This document shows positions 1 through 11,444 of a stretch of 64,000 nt of DNA, one piece after another. Under the pieces are notes generated by a model. The model was given only the letters and a program-made list of their open reading frames with translations. It had not been told where the DNA came from and ran no database searches. The translations under genes and the position numbers were made by a program. The DNA comes from Felis catus (lineage: Eukaryota): NCBI RefSeq assembly GCF_018350175.1, contig NC_058368.1, positions 47,556,001-47,620,000 of the forward strand. Reading direction: 5' to 3'. Every line of letters begins with the position of its first letter. The first letter of the stretch is position 1.

Positions 1-509
1 TGTTGTATCCTGCAACTTTACTGAATTCATTTATTAATTATAATAGTTTGGTGGAATCTTTGGGGTGTTCTGTATATAATATCATGTCATCTGCAAATAG
101 TGACAGTTTTGCTTCTTCCTTTCCAGTTTGGATGAGTTTTATTTCTTTAATTGCTGTGGCTAGGACTTCCAATACTATGTTGAATAAAAGTGCTGAGAAT
201 AAGAATCCTTGTCTTATTCCTGATTTTAGAGAAAATGCTTTTAGCTTTTTACCATTGAGTATATTAGCTATGGGTTTGTCATATATGGCCTTTATTATAT
301 TGAGGTACGTTCCCTCTATACTCACTCTGTTGAGAGTTTTTATCATCAATTGATGTTGAATTTTGTCGAATGCTTTTTCTGCATCTATTGAAATGATCAT
401 ATGATTTTTTATTCCTCATTCTGTTGATGTGGCATATCACGTTGGTTGATTTGTGGATGTTGAACCATCTTTGCATCCCTGGGATAAATCCTACTAGTTC
501 ATGGTATAT

Positions 510-514
<5 letters not shown>

Positions 515-545
<31 letters not shown>

Positions 546-703
546 AGAAAGAGTACACACAAGCAAGAAAGGGCAGAGGGAGAGGGACAGAAAGAATCCC
601 AGCGTGGAGCCTGACACAGGGCTCAGTCTCATCACCATGAGATCATGACCTAAGCCAAAATCAAGAGTCAGATGCCTAGCTAACCAAGCTACCCAGGCGC
701 CCC
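515..703 (-). mobile_element. Can-SINE
   Basis: Poly(T) tail; antisense head acccaggcgcccc. Confidence 0.9.
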
Positions 704-1269
704 TGGTTTGCTAATATTTTGTTGAGGATTTTTACATCTGTGTTCATTAGGGATATTAACCTGTAATTTTCTTCTTTAGTGGTGTGTTTGTCTGGTTTTG
801 GTATCAGGGTAATACTGACCTGATAAAATAAGTTTGGAAGCATCTTCAATTTCCTGACATAATTTGAAAAGAATAGGTATTAACTCTTTTAAATGTTTGG
901 TAGAATTTATCTAAGAGGCCTTGGACTCCTGTTCATTAGGAGTTTTCTGTTTTTGTTTTTGTTTTTTACTAATTCAGTTTCGTTACTAGTAAGTAATCGG
1001 TCTATTAGATTTTCTGTTTCTTCATGATTTAATCTTGGAAATAGTATGTTTTTAGGAATTTATTTCTTCTAAGCTGTCCCAATTTGTTAGTGTATTACTG
1101 TTCATAGTAGTCTTGTGAGCCTTTGTATTTTTGTGGCATTGGTTGTAAGTTGTCTTTCTTTTTTTATTTTATTTATTTGGGCCCTCTTTCTGTGTTTCTT
1201 GATGAGTCTTGCCTAAGGGTTTGTCCATTTAGTTTATCTTTCAAAAGAACCAGCTCTTGGTTTCATTGA

Positions 1270-1453
1270 TTTTTTTTTCTTTTTTTCTTTTTTTCTTTTT
1301 TAAATTTTCTTTTAAATGTTTGAGAGTGAGTACACATGAGCAGGGGAAAGGCAAAGAGAGAGGGAGAATGAAAATCCACAAACTGTGAGATCATGACCTG
1401 AGCTGAAATCAAGAATCGGATGCTTTAACCAACTGAGCCACCCAAGTGCTCCC
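1270..1453 (-). mobile_element. Can-SINE (internally deleted)
   Basis: gagatcatgacctgagctgaaatcaagaatcggatg; TSD ttgattttt. Confidence 0.85.
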
Positions 1454-2121
1454 GTTGATTTTTTTTTTGTTTTTTTTCTTTCTTTTTTTCTTTTTTCTTT
1501 TTTCTTTTTTTTTTTTTCATTTATCTTCACTCTGATCCTTATTATTTACTTCCTTCTTGAACTTTAGCCATTGCTTGTTCTTACTTTTCTAGTATATTCA
1601 AGTGTTAAGTTAAATTGTTTATTTGACGTTTTTGTTGTTTATTGAGGTAAGCCTATTTTGGTATGAACTTCCCCCTGAGAACTGCTTTTGCTGTATCTTA
1701 CAAGTTTTGGAACGTGGTTTTCCCATTTTCATTTGTCTCAAGGAATTTTTTTTGTCTTTGATATTTTTGTTGACCCTTTGGTTCTTTAATAGCATATTGT
1801 TTAGTTTCCACATATTTGTGGTTTTTCTCCAGTTTTCTTCCTAAAATTGATTTCTAGTTTTGTAAAGTCCATGTGGTCTACTATATTGTTTAAGGCCAGT
1901 ATTTCCTTGCTGTCTGGATTTACTGTCTGATCTATTCATTGATAGATAGCATTAAAGTGTTCCACTATTATTATATTGCTGTCAATTTCTTCCTTTATGT
2001 GTATTGATATTTATGTCTGTTTATATATTTAGATGCCTCCTATTATAGGGTACATAAATATTACAAATATATCCCCTTGTTAGATTGACCCATTTATCCT
2101 TGTATGATTCTCTTCTTTTTC

Positions 2122-2317
2122 TTTTGTTTTTTTTTAATGTTTATTTTTGAGAGAGAGAGAGCAGGGGAGGGGCAGAGAGAGAAACAAGGACAGAGGATTC
2201 AAAGCAGGCTCTGCACTGACAGCAGTGAGCCCAATGTGAGGCTCGAACTCACGAACCATGAGAACATGACCTGAGCCGAAGTCAGAGACTCAACCGCCTG
2301 AGCCACCCAGGTGTCCT
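2122..2317 (-). mobile_element. Can-SINE
   Basis: Antisense head, (GA)n, T tail. Confidence 0.9.
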
Positions 2318-2359
2318 GTTACAGTTTGTTTTAAAGTCTATTTTGTCTAAAAACGGTGA

Positions 2360-2514
2360 GGGGGTCCTTGGGTGGCTCAGTCAGTTTGGGCATCCACTCT
2401 TGATACTGCCTCAGGTTGTGATCCTGCAGTCGTGAGATCGAACCCCCACGTCAGGCTCTGCTGAGCATCGAGCCTGCTTGGGATTGTCTGTCCCTCTCTC
2501 TGCCCCTCCCCCTG

Positions 2515-2554
<40 letters not shown>

Positions 2555-2575
2555 ATAAATAAGCTTTAAAAAGAA
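2360..2575 (+). mobile_element. Can-SINE
   Basis: ggtggctcagtcag head, (CT)n; TSD taaagtctattttRtctaa. Confidence 0.9.
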
Positions 2576-2983
2576 TAAAGTCTATTTTATCTAATGTAGT
2601 ATTGCTACCCCAGCTTTTGTTTCCATTTGTATGGAATATCTTTTTCCATCCTTTCACTTTCAGTCGATATGTATCTTTAGATCTAAAGTGAGTCTCATAT
2701 AGGCAGCATACAGATGGGCCTCGGTTTTGTCTGTTTTTTATCCATCAGCCACCCCCCCCTTGTCTTTTGATTGTAGAACTAGGTCTATTTACATTTAAAG
2801 AAATTGTTGGTAGGTATGTACTTATGGCCAGTTTGTTCATTGGTTTCTGGCTGTTTTTGTAGTTGCTCTGTTTGTTTCTTCTTTTCTTCCTCTTCTTTAT
2901 GGTTTGATGCTTTTGTTTGGTGTTATGTTTGTATTCCTTTCACTTTATTTTTCTTGCTATTACAGGGTTTTGGTTTGTGGTTA

Positions 2984-3018
<35 letters not shown>

Positions 3019-3690
3019 TCTATTTTCAGTCAGTGTTTGCTTAAGTTCAAATGCATTCTAAAAGCATATTTTTACTGTATCCCCTACCATGTTTTATATT
3101 TTGATGTCATATTTTACATCTTTTTATTTTGTATATTCCTTAACTAATTATTAGAGATATACTTGATTTCACTTCTTCTTTTTAACATTCATATTAGCTT
3201 AATAACTGCTTGCCTCTTAATAACTATATTATAACTTACATTATATTTTATAATGACTATATTATATATTAAATATTATATATTATATGTATTATATAAT
3301 AGCTATATTATAATAACTATATATAATAACTAATAACTACAATTGCCTCTGTTAGTGCAATTTTTTCTTTCATATACTTTATTTCTAGTTATAACTTTTT
3401 TCTTCTCTACTTAAAGAAGTCTCTTCATTTCTTGAAAGGCTGATTTAGTGGTGGTGAACTACCTTAGCTTCGCTTGTCTGGAAAACTCTCCTTTGATTCT
3501 GAATGATAACCTTGCTGGGTGAAGTATTCTTGATTGTAAGTTTTTTTCCTTTCAACACTTTGAATATGTCATGTCACTCCCTTCTGGCCTGCAAAGTTTT
3601 TGCTGAAAAATCATCTGATAGTGTCATGGGGGTTCCCTGGTACATAACTAGTTATTTTTCTCTTGTTACTTTTAAGATTATCTCTTTATC

Positions 3691-3922
3691 TGCCTGGGTG
3701 GCTCAGTCAGTTGAGCGTCTAACTTTTGATTTCCTCTTGGGTCATGATTTCATGGTTCATGGGATCAAGCCCTGCATCAGGCTGCATGCCATCATCTTGA
3801 GATTTTCTCTCTTCCTCCCTCTCTCTCTCTCTCTCTCTGCCCCTCCCCCATGTGTGTATGCTTTCTATCTCTCTCAAAATAAATAAACTTTAAAGAACTA
3901 AAAATAAAATTAAAAATAAAAA
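3691..3922 (+). mobile_element. Can-SINE
   Basis: TSD aagattatctctttatct. Confidence 0.9.
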
Positions 3923-5598
3923 AAGATTATCTCTTTATCTTTAATGTTTGACATTTTAATTATAATGTGTCTTGGTGTGGATCTCCGGGTTCATCTTGTT
4001 TTGGACTCTCTGTGCTTCATGGACTTGGATGTTTGTTTCCTTCCCCAGGTTAGGAATGTTTTCAAACATTATTTCTTCAAATAAGTTTTCTGCACTTTTC
4101 TGTCTTTTCTCCTTCTGGGACCCCTATAATACAAAATGTTAAAATGTTAGTACACTTGATATGATATAGTCCTCAGAGGTCCCTTAAATTATCCCCATTT
4201 TTTTATTTCTTTTTCTTTTTTCTGTTCTGATGGAGTGATTTGTACCACTTGTCTTCTGTTTCTCTGTATCATCTTAATCGGCTGTTGATTCCCTCTTATG
4301 TTTTTCATTTTAGTTATTCGTCAACTCTGATTGGTATATTCTTATGTTTTCTCTTTGTTGAAGTTCTCCCTGTATTACTAATCCATTCTTCTCCCAAGTT
4401 TGGTCATCATCTTTATGGCCATTACTTTCAACTCTTTATCAGGGAGATTACTTACCTCTATTTCACTACCTACATATGTAGGTAGTGGGTAGTATATACC
4501 TCCCTACTCCTTAAGACACAGCAACACTGGAATTAGTCCAGTGGATAGCCCTATAATGCCCTGCAAGCATTCGAGTGAAAGGAAGACAGTTGTATTTCTC
4601 TCAGTTTAGATCAAAAGCTAGAAATGAGTAAGCTTAGTGAGGAAGGCATGTCTAAGGCTGAGATAGGTTGAAAGTTAGGTCTCTTGTACCAGACAGTTAG
4701 CCAAGTTGTGAATGCAAAGGAAAAGTTCTTAAAGGAAATTAAAAATGTTACTCCAGTGAACACACAAATGATTAAAGAAAAGGGGGGGTGGGGAAACAGC
4801 CTTATTGCTGTTATAGAGACAGTTTGAATGGTCTTGGATAGATAAAACCAACCATAACATTTTCCTAAGCCAAAGCTGATCCAGATCAAGGCCCTATCTT
4901 CAATTCTATGAAGCCTAGAAGAGGTGAGAAAGCTGCAGAAGAAAAGTTTGTAGTTAGCAGAGCTAGCAGAGGTTGGTTCATGAGGTTCAAGGAAAGCAAC
5001 TGTCTCCACAACATAAAAGTGCAAGATGAAGCAGTAGGTACTGATATAGACACTACAGCAAGTTGTACGAAGATCTGGGTAAGATCATTAATGAAGGTGG
5101 CTACACTAACAACAGATTTTTGGTATAAATCATACAGCCTTCTTTTGGAAGAAGATGCCATCTAGCACTTTCATAGCTAGAGAGGAGAAGTCAATGCCTG
5201 GCCTCAAAGGATAGGCTGACTCTCGCAGCTAGTGACTTTAAGTTGAAGCCAGTATTCATGTACCATTCCTAAAATCCTGAGGTCCTTAAGAATTATACAC
5301 TAAATCTACTCTTTTGTGATCTATACATGTAACAACAAAGCCTGGATAATAGCACATCTACTTACAGTATGGTTTACTGACTCTTAAGCCCACTGTTGAA
5401 ACTTATTGCTCAAAAAAAAAGATTGCTTTCAAAATATTATTGCTCATTGACAGTGCACCTGGCCACCCAAGAGCTTTGATGGAGATATACAATGAGATTA
5501 ATGTTGTTCTCATGCCTGCTAACATAGCATACATTCTGTAGTCCATGGATGGAGTCGTTTTGACTTTCAAGCCATCTTTTTTAGGAAAAACATGTTGT

Positions 5599-5808
5599 GG
5601 GGTGCCTGGGTGGCTCGGTCGGTTAAGTGTCCAACTCAGCTCAGGTCGTGATCTCACGGTTCTTGGGTTCGAGCCCCGCATCAGGCTCTGTGCTGACAGT
5701 GTGGAGCCTGGAGCCCATTTTGAGTTCTGTGTCTCTGTCCCTCCCCTGCTCACGCTCTGTCTCTCTCTTTCTCTCTCTCTCTCAAAAATAAATAAATCTA
5801 AAAAAAAG
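5599..5808 (+). mobile_element. Can-SINE inside Tigger1
   Basis: Head, (CT)n, A tail. Confidence 0.9.
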
Positions 5809-5822
5809 AAATACATTTTGTA

Positions 5823-6232
5823 GGGGTGTCTGGGTGACTCAGTTGGTTAAGTGTCTTTTTTTAAATTTTTTTATTTTTTAATTTTTTTGAATATTTATTT
5901 TTTAGAGAGAGAGACAGAGTATGAACAGGGGAGGGGCAGAGAGAGAGAGACACGAATCCAAAGCAGGCTCCAGGCTCTCAGCTGTCAGCACAGAGCCCGA
6001 CGCGGGGCTCGAACCCATGGACCGTGAGATGAGCTGAAGTCGGACACCCAACCAACTGAGCCACCCAGGCGCCCCAAGTATCTGACTCTTATTTTGGCTC
6101 AGGTCATGAGATCGAGCCTCACATCTGGCTTCGTGCTAAGTGTGGAGCCCGCTTAAGATTCTCTCTTTCTCTAAGCCTCTGTCCCTCCCCAGCTTGTACG
6201 CACACTTTCTCTCTTTCTCTCAAAAAATAAAG
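5823..6232 (+). mobile_element. Can-SINE split by a nested antisense SINE
   Basis: Head at 5823-5855 resumes at 6076. Confidence 0.85.
5856..6075 (-). mobile_element. Can-SINE nested in SINE
   Basis: TSD aagtRtct. Confidence 0.9.
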
Positions 6233-7141
6233 AGAAATGCATTTTGAAAAGCTGCCATAGGTAGTGGTTCCTCTGATGGATCTGGGTAAAGTAAATTGAA
6301 AACCTGGAAAGGGTTCATTATTCTAGATGCCATTAGGAACATTCATCATTCATTCATGGGAAGCGGTCAGAATACATTCACAGGAATTTGGAAGAAGTTG
6401 ATTCCATCTGGCATGGATGACCTAGAGGTGTTCACGACTTGACTGGCAGAAGTCATTTCAGTGATGAAATAGCAAGAGAACTAGAATTAGAAGTGGAACC
6501 TGAAGATGTGACTGAATTGCTGCAGTCTTGTGGTAAAACTCAGGGATGAGTTGTTTTTAGAGCTCATCAAAGAGGTGGATTCTTCAGATGGAGTCTGCTC
6601 CTGCCAAAGATGCTGTGATGATTGTAAACATTAACAAAGATTTCAGAATATTACATAAACTTACCTGATAAAGCAATGGTGGAGTTTGAGAGGACTGACT
6701 CCAATTTTGAAAGAAATTCTGTGGGTGAAATGGTATCCAGCAGCATCACATACTACAGAGAAATCGTTCGTGAAAGGCAGAGCCAATCAGTGCAGCCAAC
6801 TTATCTTTTTCTAAGAAATTGCCACAGGCACCTCAACCTTCAGCAACTACCAGCCTGATCAGTCAGCAGCCATCAACTTCGAGCAAGACCTTCCACCAGC
6901 AAAAGATTACTAGTCAGTAAAAGCTCAGATGATGGCTAGCAATAAGGAATTTTTTAATTAAGGTATGTACATTGTGTTTTTTAGACAATGCTATTGCATA
7001 CTTAATAGGCTACAGTGTAGTATAAAAATAATTTTATATGCACTGGAAAACCAAAAATTTCACTTGGCTTGCTTTAAAATGATACATTATTGCAGTGGTC
7101 TGGAGCTGAACCCATGATATCTCCAAGGTATATCTATATCT

Positions 7142-7192
7142 GGAGGATCATATCTCAAGGTCATAAAAGCCATATATGAAAGACCCACCGCT
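7142..7192 (+). mobile_element. Isolated ~50-bp internal L1 ORF2 fragment
   Basis: GGATCATATCTCAAGGTCATAAAAGCCATATATGAAAGACCCACCGCT = GSYLKVIKAIYERPTA, homologous to the reverse complement of 34991-35045 and about 268-322. Confidence 0.8.
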
Positions 7193-7279
7193 TGTATCTA
7201 GGATGTGGTCTGTGATTACCTTATCTATAGAATCATGCTGGAATCTGGGCACCCAAGCTTTAAACCCAAGGGTTTAAGA

Positions 7280-7625
7280 AGAAAATGACCAAAATGGTGT
7301 AAAGATTTTTTAAAGTCCTTTTAGTGCTATGTTAAAACTGACTACAAGTATTTGGAAAGTTCTCATGTGAATGATCTTGGTTGCTCTACTTGGTAAGACC
7401 TAAGGTAGTAGAATTGGGACCACTGGGTAAATATTACAAGAAAGAGTAAAAATAAACTTTCTAATAGTATTTTTTAAAATGTCTTAGCGTCTAATATATT
7501 CTCCATCCAGCTGTTTAGGCATCAACTGGCCAGGTGTTCAGTAGGAATATGCTCGTGAGGATTGAAACATCAAGTGGGTAATTTGATGAATTTGGAGTCT
7601 CTTTGGATCTTGAAATTATCTGTGA
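7280..7625 (+). mobile_element. CR1/L3 LINE 3'-end fossil
   Basis: gaattgggaccactgggtaaatattacaag...aactttctaatag...tgaaattatctgtgac resembles the recalled L3 3' consensus. Confidence 0.55.
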
Positions 7626-7964
7626 CAACTCAAAAGAGTTAATACACTGGTTTTGTTACCTTACAAAAGGAATGGTAAACCCACGCTATTTTTGAGAGTA
7701 TTGTTTTTAAAATCTCTGCAGTTCCTATTTTTTTCAAAATAAAAACCTAGTGTTAAGGCCTATTATTTGAAAAGGACACATATATATACACACACACACA
7801 TTTTGTTTAATATCCACAAATTCTTTTGAGTGTAAATTTCTTAGAAATATTTGAACGCCTATATATTTTGAGAATATATTTTTTTGTATATAGTGAAACC
7901 CAGGAATAATTTTTTTGTTTTATTTTTCAGAGGTTGAGCTTTTAGTAGTCAAATATGTGATTCT

Positions 7965-8034
7965 GGGGTGCCTGGGTGCCTCAGTTGGTTATACATCTGA
8001 CTCTTTTTTTTTTTTTTTTTTAATGTTTATTTTT

Positions 8035-8072
<38 letters not shown>

Positions 8073-8351
8073 CAGGGCGTGAGTGGGGGAGGGGCAGAGA
8101 GAGAGAGGGAGACACAGAATCGGAAGCAGGCTCCAGGCTCTGAGCTGTCAGCACAGAGCCTGACGTGGGGCTCCAACCCACAAGCCTTGAGATCATGACC
8201 TGAGCCAAAGTCCGACGCTTAACCGACTGAGCTAACCAAGTGCCCCCACACATCTGACTCTTGATCTCAGCTCAGGTCTTGATCTCGGGGTCGTGACTCC
8301 AAGCCCCATGTTGGGCTCCATGCTGGGTATGGAGCCTACTTTAAAAAAAAA
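7965..8351 (+). mobile_element. Can-SINE split by a nested antisense SINE
   Basis: TSD atgtgattctg. Confidence 0.85.
8004..8247 (-). mobile_element. Can-SINE nested in SINE
   Basis: TSD acatctgactct. Confidence 0.9.
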
Positions 8352-10793
8352 GAATGTGATTCTGACTCCCTTTGTATCAAAATTGGAGTAAATGTGTTTC
8401 AATCGTTAGATGGATTGTGATTTCCCTGAGTCATGCTTAATTAAGGCTTCAGGCATGCCTATACACAATTTTCTAGTCAAATATAATTAGCCTCAACTTC
8501 ATTTATGTTAAAAGTTTTTATCAAATTCTTCCTTTAAGGGTTAAATGACTTTTGTTATTATAAAGAAAAATGTAAGGAAGTAGTATGCCACTTTCAAATA
8601 TGAATGAAAAAAAGCCTTTTTACTTCAGTTTTCTATAAAAGAATGTACTTTTCTCAGGCATATAAAAGACCTATGTGTCTAGCAATTCAAGTTCACTGGT
8701 TTAATAATAAGTAACAAATACCTAGTTTTCATGTACATAAGCAGTTATTATCTCATGTTTTGTTGCTTCTGAATCTGCACACATTCTGAGGATTCTTTCT
8801 GCCAAAATGGGTAAATTTTAAAACTCAGTGTGAATAGTAGAATAAGTTGAACAGACTGTTAACTTCGGGAGCCTACAGAGAAGTCTGTATATGAATGTAA
8901 AGGGAAAGCTTTCCAATCCAGAATTAATTTTAACAGTATTTTTTTCAGTTATGGTTGTTTTAACTGTTTTAAATATATATATTCCATATTTTGAAATAAA
9001 TTTGGAATCATTTTCAGTCCATAAGTATCTTTAAATGAGTATTTCTTGAAATTATTTTCAGTCCCTACAATTTCTCTGGTAATAGGTAGATTTTGTTCTC
9101 ATTTTTTTACTCATAGAAGATAAAAATAAGAGAGAATAGGAGATCTGATACATAGACTTAGTGATTTTTATGCCATACTAGGCTAGTTTAAAGCTTGATA
9201 CAGAAGCCTGTATTTCTGTATACAGAAATATTTCTATACAGAAATTTCTATACAGAAATCCTGAATTTCCATTCAGTGCTATCTCCCCAAGAGTAGAACA
9301 GTTTTGACATGCCTACCTCATTTTACCTTTTTTCATACTCGTATATTGTTTTTTCTTTGTTTATCTGCCTTTTAATCTGTTACTGGCTTCTTCAGCAGGC
9401 AAGTAAATGTTTGTGGCATTTGCAAAATAAATTTAATGAATGGAGGATACTAAGATTTGAAATAAAAGCTATGGTATTGTACTTAAACTCTGATTCTCTT
9501 AATAAATTACGATAACTTTATTCATATTACTCTTAGTTTTCATGATTACACAAAGTAATTCACATCATACTTATTATTTGAATGAAGAAATTCCTAATTC
9601 TCAATCCTAAATTAAGTTATTCTTTTGTCATACTTCTTTATGAAAGAAAGAATAAAATAAATTACTACTTTTTAAATGAAATTTTTTAGTATTTGATTTT
9701 TTTTTTTTTTGCTTGATAATTTGCAAAACTCTCATTAGTGGACCTCTCTAATAATCTTCCAGAATTAAAAATTTTTCTTTGCTACTTAATTTCTCTTATT
9801 CTTTGTACTGTTCTATTTGCCCATATGTTTTCTCTGTTTATATTTAAATAGTCTAGCCCTGTGTCATTCTAAAATTTTTCTTTGCTTCTAAGCTGCTATA
9901 CCATTCGACATATATTCGTCCACTTGCCTAGAATTATATCTCAAGCAGTACTCATTACATCTTAAGTGATTCTGGTTTTTTCCAGTAAAGGCTTCAGTAT
10001 TAGTACTATTATAGTGTTTATGAAAGCATTCAGAAATTTATTGTTGAGATGAGAAATATGTATTCCTTTTTACTCTGGACAAAAGATTCTGAAAGGAACT
10101 GGTAAGATACTCTCATATTCATATCACAATGTGTGAATTTTATTTTATGCCACGTACAATCTGTCTTCCTTTTTCTTTAGTAAGTATTGGTCTGATCTGA
10201 AATTCCTTGTCCCACCAGAAACAGTAGCCTAGAGAGTCCTTCAGCCACTCACGGATAATTAATTGCTTATAATTGGATTTAGAAGGTGCTGGTTCTAAAA
10301 TGATATGCCTATTCTTCACCTCAAAAGAACATATATTGAATATTTTTGTGTGGCAAGTCAAAATACATGCAGACACACTGAGCAATTTGGTATTATTTTC
10401 CATCAGTCCTTTTTCTTAAAAAAAAAAAAGAACTGGGGCTTCTGTGGTCAAAAGGGATATGTACTCTCTATCAGGAGAATTAATGATGAGTGCCAGCGTT
10501 TTTACCTGAAATTTTGTGGGACAGAACATCTTTATACATGAATGGACTAGAATTAGCAGCATATTTTATTGTGTCGATGGAACAATTGATGTAGGGAAAC
10601 ACTGTTTCCCTTCAATCCTCTTCTCAATCCTGAATAACTGAATGTCACTTCCAGAGCATCGATTCCCTTTTTATCTTATAAAATCAACACTGTGCTCTCA
10701 CAGTCTATCTTGGTTCATATCCTTTTTCAGCTTCTTATTTCAAATTTCATACATGGCACAAAAGCTCCAAGAATGGGACAGAGAAGTCCTGTA

Positions 10794-11127
10794 CAGTTGA
10801 CCCTTGAACGACATGGGTTTGAACTGCACGAGTCAACTTATATGCTGATGTTTTCTGAGAAATTACAGTATAGTACTGTAAATGTATTTTCTCTTTCTTA
10901 TGATGTTTTTAGTAACATTTTCTTTTCTCTAGCTCTATTATAAGAATACAGTAAATGTAATACATATAAAATGCAGAATATGTGTTAGTCAACTGTTATT
11001 GGTAAGGCTTCCAGTCAGTGGTAGGCTATTAGTACTTAAGTTTCTGGGGAGTCAAAAGTTATATGCAAATTTTCAACTGCACAGGCAGTGGGTTCCCCTG
11101 ACCCCTGCATTGTTCAATGGTCAACTG
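10794..11127 (+). mobile_element. Tigger2a-type (carnivore) non-autonomous DNA transposon, copy 1
   Basis: TA+cagttgacccttgaac...ttgttcaatggtcaactg terminal inverted repeats. Confidence 0.88.
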
Positions 11128-11209
11128 CATATCTTTTATCCAGATTGACTCCTTTTTAACATTTTGCTACATGTATCTTTCTTATTCACTCTCTCTCTCC
11201 CCCCCTACC

Positions 11210-11229
11210 CATACACACAGACACACACA

Positions 11230-11269
<40 letters not shown>
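11210..11269. repeat. (CA)n microsatellite
   Basis: Direct reading. Confidence 0.95.
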
Positions 11270-11271
<2 letters not shown>

Positions 11272-11444
11272 TTTTTTCTGAATAATTTAATAGACTGATT
11301 GCATTGTTTACTGTTACTTCTTCACAGTTTATTTCCTAAGAGTAAGAATGTTCTCTTACATAACCACAGTACACTTACCAAATGCAACACAACACTGATA
11401 GCAATACTTTTATCCATTTTTGTCAGTATATGTATACACACATA

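Larger units (their letters stand above)
1..4463 (-). mobile_element. Old degenerate LINE-1 (ORF2 RT and endonuclease, spacer, ORF1 remnants), interrupted by 5 SINEs
   Basis: ORF 38-400(-) contains [20 protein letters not shown] and [11 protein letters not shown] (L1 RT motifs). About 2600-2720 antisense matches the endonuclease N-terminus; about 3430-3620 antisense matches the ORF1 C-terminus (LQARREWHDIFKVLK-like). Confidence 0.9.
4490..7136 (+). mobile_element. Tigger1 (TcMar-Tigger/pogo) DNA transposon, degenerate transposase, lacking a few hundred bp of the left part, interrupted by 3 SINEs
   Basis: ORF 4908-5165 ([27 protein letters not shown]) is Tigger1 transposase. The right end gatatctccaaggtatatcta+TA resembles the Tigger1 TIR and TA target site. 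Confidence 0.92.

Noticed and set aside
4556..6860. Domesticated TIGD1-like transposase gene
   Set aside because: The frame is broken by stops, frameshifts and three SINE insertions.
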